The notes under the pieces: generated by a model
The model's input: only the letters and a program-made list of their open reading frames with translations
What the model was told of the DNA's origin: nothing
The model's database searches: none
Source: a virus
Lineage: Duplodnaviria > Caudoviricetes
Length of the DNA stretch: 58,057 bases
IMG/VR virus record: IMGVR_UViG_3300044841_000028
Coordinates: 1-58,057 of that record
Strand: one strand, 5' to 3'
Position numbers and translations under genes: made by a program
Part shown: one piece after another, positions 55,910 to 58,057 of the stretch
How positions within the stretch are numbered: the stretch's first letter is position 1
Layout of the letters: each line of letters begins with the position of its first letter

Positions 55910-56784
55910 GGCAAGGGGACAACTTCAACGTAGAAGCTGGTCGTTGAAGCCGAAGTGCTGAACGAGTCGGCCCCGGATTGCCGCTCGGCGCGGAGGTAAA
56001 TAGACGTCGGACCTGAGTTCGCGCTGATCTTCCCCAAGCTGGTGGAGGCACCAGCTGCGGGTCCGGGGATAAGGCTGAGGTCCTGCGGCGTCGACAACGC
56101 CAAACCGAACTTGCTGGCCACGATGTCACCAGATGTCGCATTGGACACCCGCGCATACAAGTTGGCTGTGCAGTCCGCGCCCGTTCCAGTGAGGATGGAC
56201 TGCCCGAATGCCCTTGGCCGCCAATCGAACGGGAACGCAGGCACCGAAGCGGTCGCCAAGGTTCGCACTGCCCCATCACTGGAGGTGGTCGAGGAGATGG
56301 ACGCCGGCCAGTACGCCCCACCAACCTTCGGTGGGGTCCAAATAATCCCAGGCCCACCGGAGTTACCCGTCGCCGTGTAGGCGGGGGAGTAACCCGCAGT
56401 CGCGGTTCCTACGAGATCGTCGGCGTTGAGGAAGTCGAACGACGACGTGTCCCCCGGCGGACCAGCATGCAGAGTAAAGGCCACATCGTAGACCGGCTGC
56501 ACAGTCCCACTACCCGGAGTGACGAGCGTGAAATCAACTGATGCTGCTGTGGCATCGGTGTAAGCCAACTCAGTGATGGTTTTGTTGCGGATCGTGATCG
56601 GCAAACCTGGATCGCCCTGCACCATCGCAGGAACCGCAGCCCTACCGCCCGGGGGCGCGAAGAATGCATGAGCCACACCAGTTTCCGGGGTGTAGTCCTT
56701 CGAAATGAACAAGGCACCTTGCCACAGGTATCCGTCGACGCCGTCCCAGGTGTACTCAACCCACGGGGGTGGAACAGTAGCCAC
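55906..56784 (-). CDS. Minor tail protein
   Basis: AGGAG before GTG 56784; GDPG, GPPG, PFDWRP motifs typical of mycobacteriophage tail genes. Confidence 0.85.
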   Translation of the reverse strand: MATVPPPWVEYTWDGVDGYLWQGALFISKDYTPETGVAHAFFAPPGGRAAVPAMVQGDPGLPITIRNKTITELAYTDATAASVDFTLVTPGSGTVQPVYDVAFTLHAGPPGDTSSFDFLNADDLVGTATAGYSPAYTATGNSGGPGIIWTPPKVGGAYWPASISSTTSSDGAVRTLATASVPAFPFDWRPRAFGQSILTGTGADCTANLYARVSNATSGDIVASKFGLALSTPQDLSLIPGPAAGASTSLGKISANSGPTSIYLRAERQSGADSFSTSASTTSFYVEVVPLP

Positions 56785-56815
56785 GATGCTCCTATGGTCA
56801 GAATGTTGTGTGCAG

Positions 56816-56830
56816 TGGTAAACTCTCGGC
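56816..56830 (+). promoter_or_regulatory. Extended -10 promoter for a leaderless HNH transcript
   Basis: TGG-TAAACT, 6 nt, then ATG; no SD. Confidence 0.6.
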
Positions 56831-57469
56831 ATGTCCGAAACATGGTTGCCAGTACCGAGTTACGACTTCTACGAAGTGAGCGACCAAGGCCGCGTCAGGT
56901 CGATAGACAGGGTCACGCGCGGCAGGTGGGGGCCAAGGCCGTTGAAGGGCAGGGTCCTTCGGCAGTCGCCCCAAGGGCGGTATCTCGTCGTCGGGCTGTA
57001 CAAGGACGCGAAAATGAAGACGTTCTCTGTTCACCGTCTTGTACTGCTGGCCTTCTCAGGCCACTGCCCACCCGGGAAGGAGGGGCTGCACTGGGACGAC
57101 GACCCGACCAACAACCGGTTGGAAAACCTGCGCTGGGGCACTCCCGGCGAAAACCAACAGGACTGCATCCGAAACGGCAACCATCCGAAGGTCAACATCA
57201 CCCACTGCCCCCAAGACCATGAGTACAGCGCCGAGAACACCCACATAGACCCACGCACCGGGCATCGGTTCTGCCGCTCCTGCTTCAAGGAGAAGGGTGC
57301 CGCCAAGAAGACTCGTCCGCATTCTCGCGACCGGACGCATTGCCCGCAGAAGCATCCTTACGACGAAGCCAACACATACTTGGTTGGAGGGCGTCGTGCC
57401 TGCCGAACCTGTGGCCGCGATAGGGCCAGGGAGTACGCGCGCCACAAGCGGGCTCAGCGGTCGGGCTAG
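56831..57469 (+). CDS. NUMOD4-HNH homing endonuclease inserted antisense in the tail operon
   Basis: ETWLPVPSYDFYEVSDQGRVRS; VHRLV...HWDDDPTNN..ENLRW; two THCP..H.Y..NT repeats. Confidence 0.92.
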   Translation: MSETWLPVPSYDFYEVSDQGRVRSIDRVTRGRWGPRPLKGRVLRQSPQGRYLVVGLYKDAKMKTFSVHRLVLLAFSGHCPPGKEGLHWDDDPTNNRLENLRWGTPGENQQDCIRNGNHPKVNITHCPQDHEYSAENTHIDPRTGHRFCRSCFKEKGAAKKTRPHSRDRTHCPQKHPYDEANTYLVGGRRACRTCGRDRAREYARHKRAQRSG

Positions 57470-58014
57470 CTATTTGGCGCGAGCGTTAATATATTCACGG
57501 CTTCCTGCAAACCTGTCACGAACCGTTGCGTCTTCGCCAATGGGGCTTCTTCGGCTTTCCCGTCACCAATCTGCGCGGTGACTTTGACGCCGTCCTTACG
57601 GTTTTCGGTCAGGAGGACGTTCTCGACGTAGTCGGTCAACATGACGCCCTCATCGTCGATGATCGACATGAGCCCGCCGACCATGACGTCCCGCCCCACA
57701 TAGAAGGGTTCGCCCTGACGCCACGTAGCGATGGCTGCTCTGTAGCCTCTGGTGTCCCAGGCCATGTTTATGAACGTGAACAGGGCGTCGATGTTGTACG
57801 GGGCGGCACCGGTGGGGTTGAACTTCTCGATCCGAGTGGCGTACGGCCCCATCGCCACCCGACGGTCGAACATCTCGATCAACTGGAAGGCGAGGAACGC
57901 GTCGTTGAGGAATCCCTCTAGCAGATTGCTTGGGACACCGGTGATTCCGATCACGATGGTGATGCTGTCTATCAACCAGCTCAGTGCTGCGTTGATGAGG
58001 TCGTTCATCCATTT
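57466..58014 (-). CDS. Minor tail protein, C-terminal part (KWMNDLINA...), continuation of 52-1191
   Basis: PKWMND continues the GGKSP motif; joined product about 562 aa, normal for this family. Confidence 0.88.
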   Translation of the reverse strand, partial: KWMNDLINAALSWLIDSITIVIGITGVPSNLLEGFLNDAFLAFQLIEMFDRRVAMGPYATRIEKFNPTGAAPYNIDALFTFINMAWDTRGYRAAIATWRQGEPFYVGRDVMVGGLMSIIDDEGVMLTDYVENVLLTENRKDGVKVTAQIGDGKAEEAPLAKTQRFVTGLQEAVNILTLAPNS

Positions 58015-58057
58015 TGGTTGTGTACCGGTCGGTGCCCCCCCAGTTGCCCGGGGGGGC

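Noticed and set aside
58018-58057. Group I/II intron or intein as explanation for the tail gene insert
   Set aside because: Apparent length of about 50 nt is far too short for a ribozyme core or intein; only viable if more sequence is missing at the break.

Overview
The window is an essentially complete, circularly permuted genome of a temperate siphovirus of Mycobacterium (or a close actinobacterium), read mostly on the minus strand. Genome order from a probable cos end near 18240: terS, terL, portal, MuF-like protein, scaffold, head decoration, major capsid, head-tail connectors, major tail, tail assembly chaperones, tape measure (Rpf domain), distal tail, minor tail genes (wrapping through the window ends), lysis cassette (lysA, holin, lysB, several membrane proteins), NUMOD4-HNH, a reverse operon of small genes, an intact attP (3' half of tRNA-Lys UUU), tyrosine integrase, repressor/cro/antirepressor/xis, and an early region (SSAP, C5 methyltransferase, replication initiator with iterons, WhiB, many small ORFs). 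The most striking signal is at the assembly break. The two noisy ends overlap, and together they show that the conserved minor tail gene is interrupted at GGKSP/KWMND by an out-of-frame GC hairpin insertion of about 50 nt, flanked by Pro codons. A free-standing HNH endonuclease lies directly after the gene. This resembles the T4 gene 60 bypass plus mobA cassette, but the base calls there are poor and the idea needs confirmation. All product names come from motif recognition and synteny; no database searches were run.
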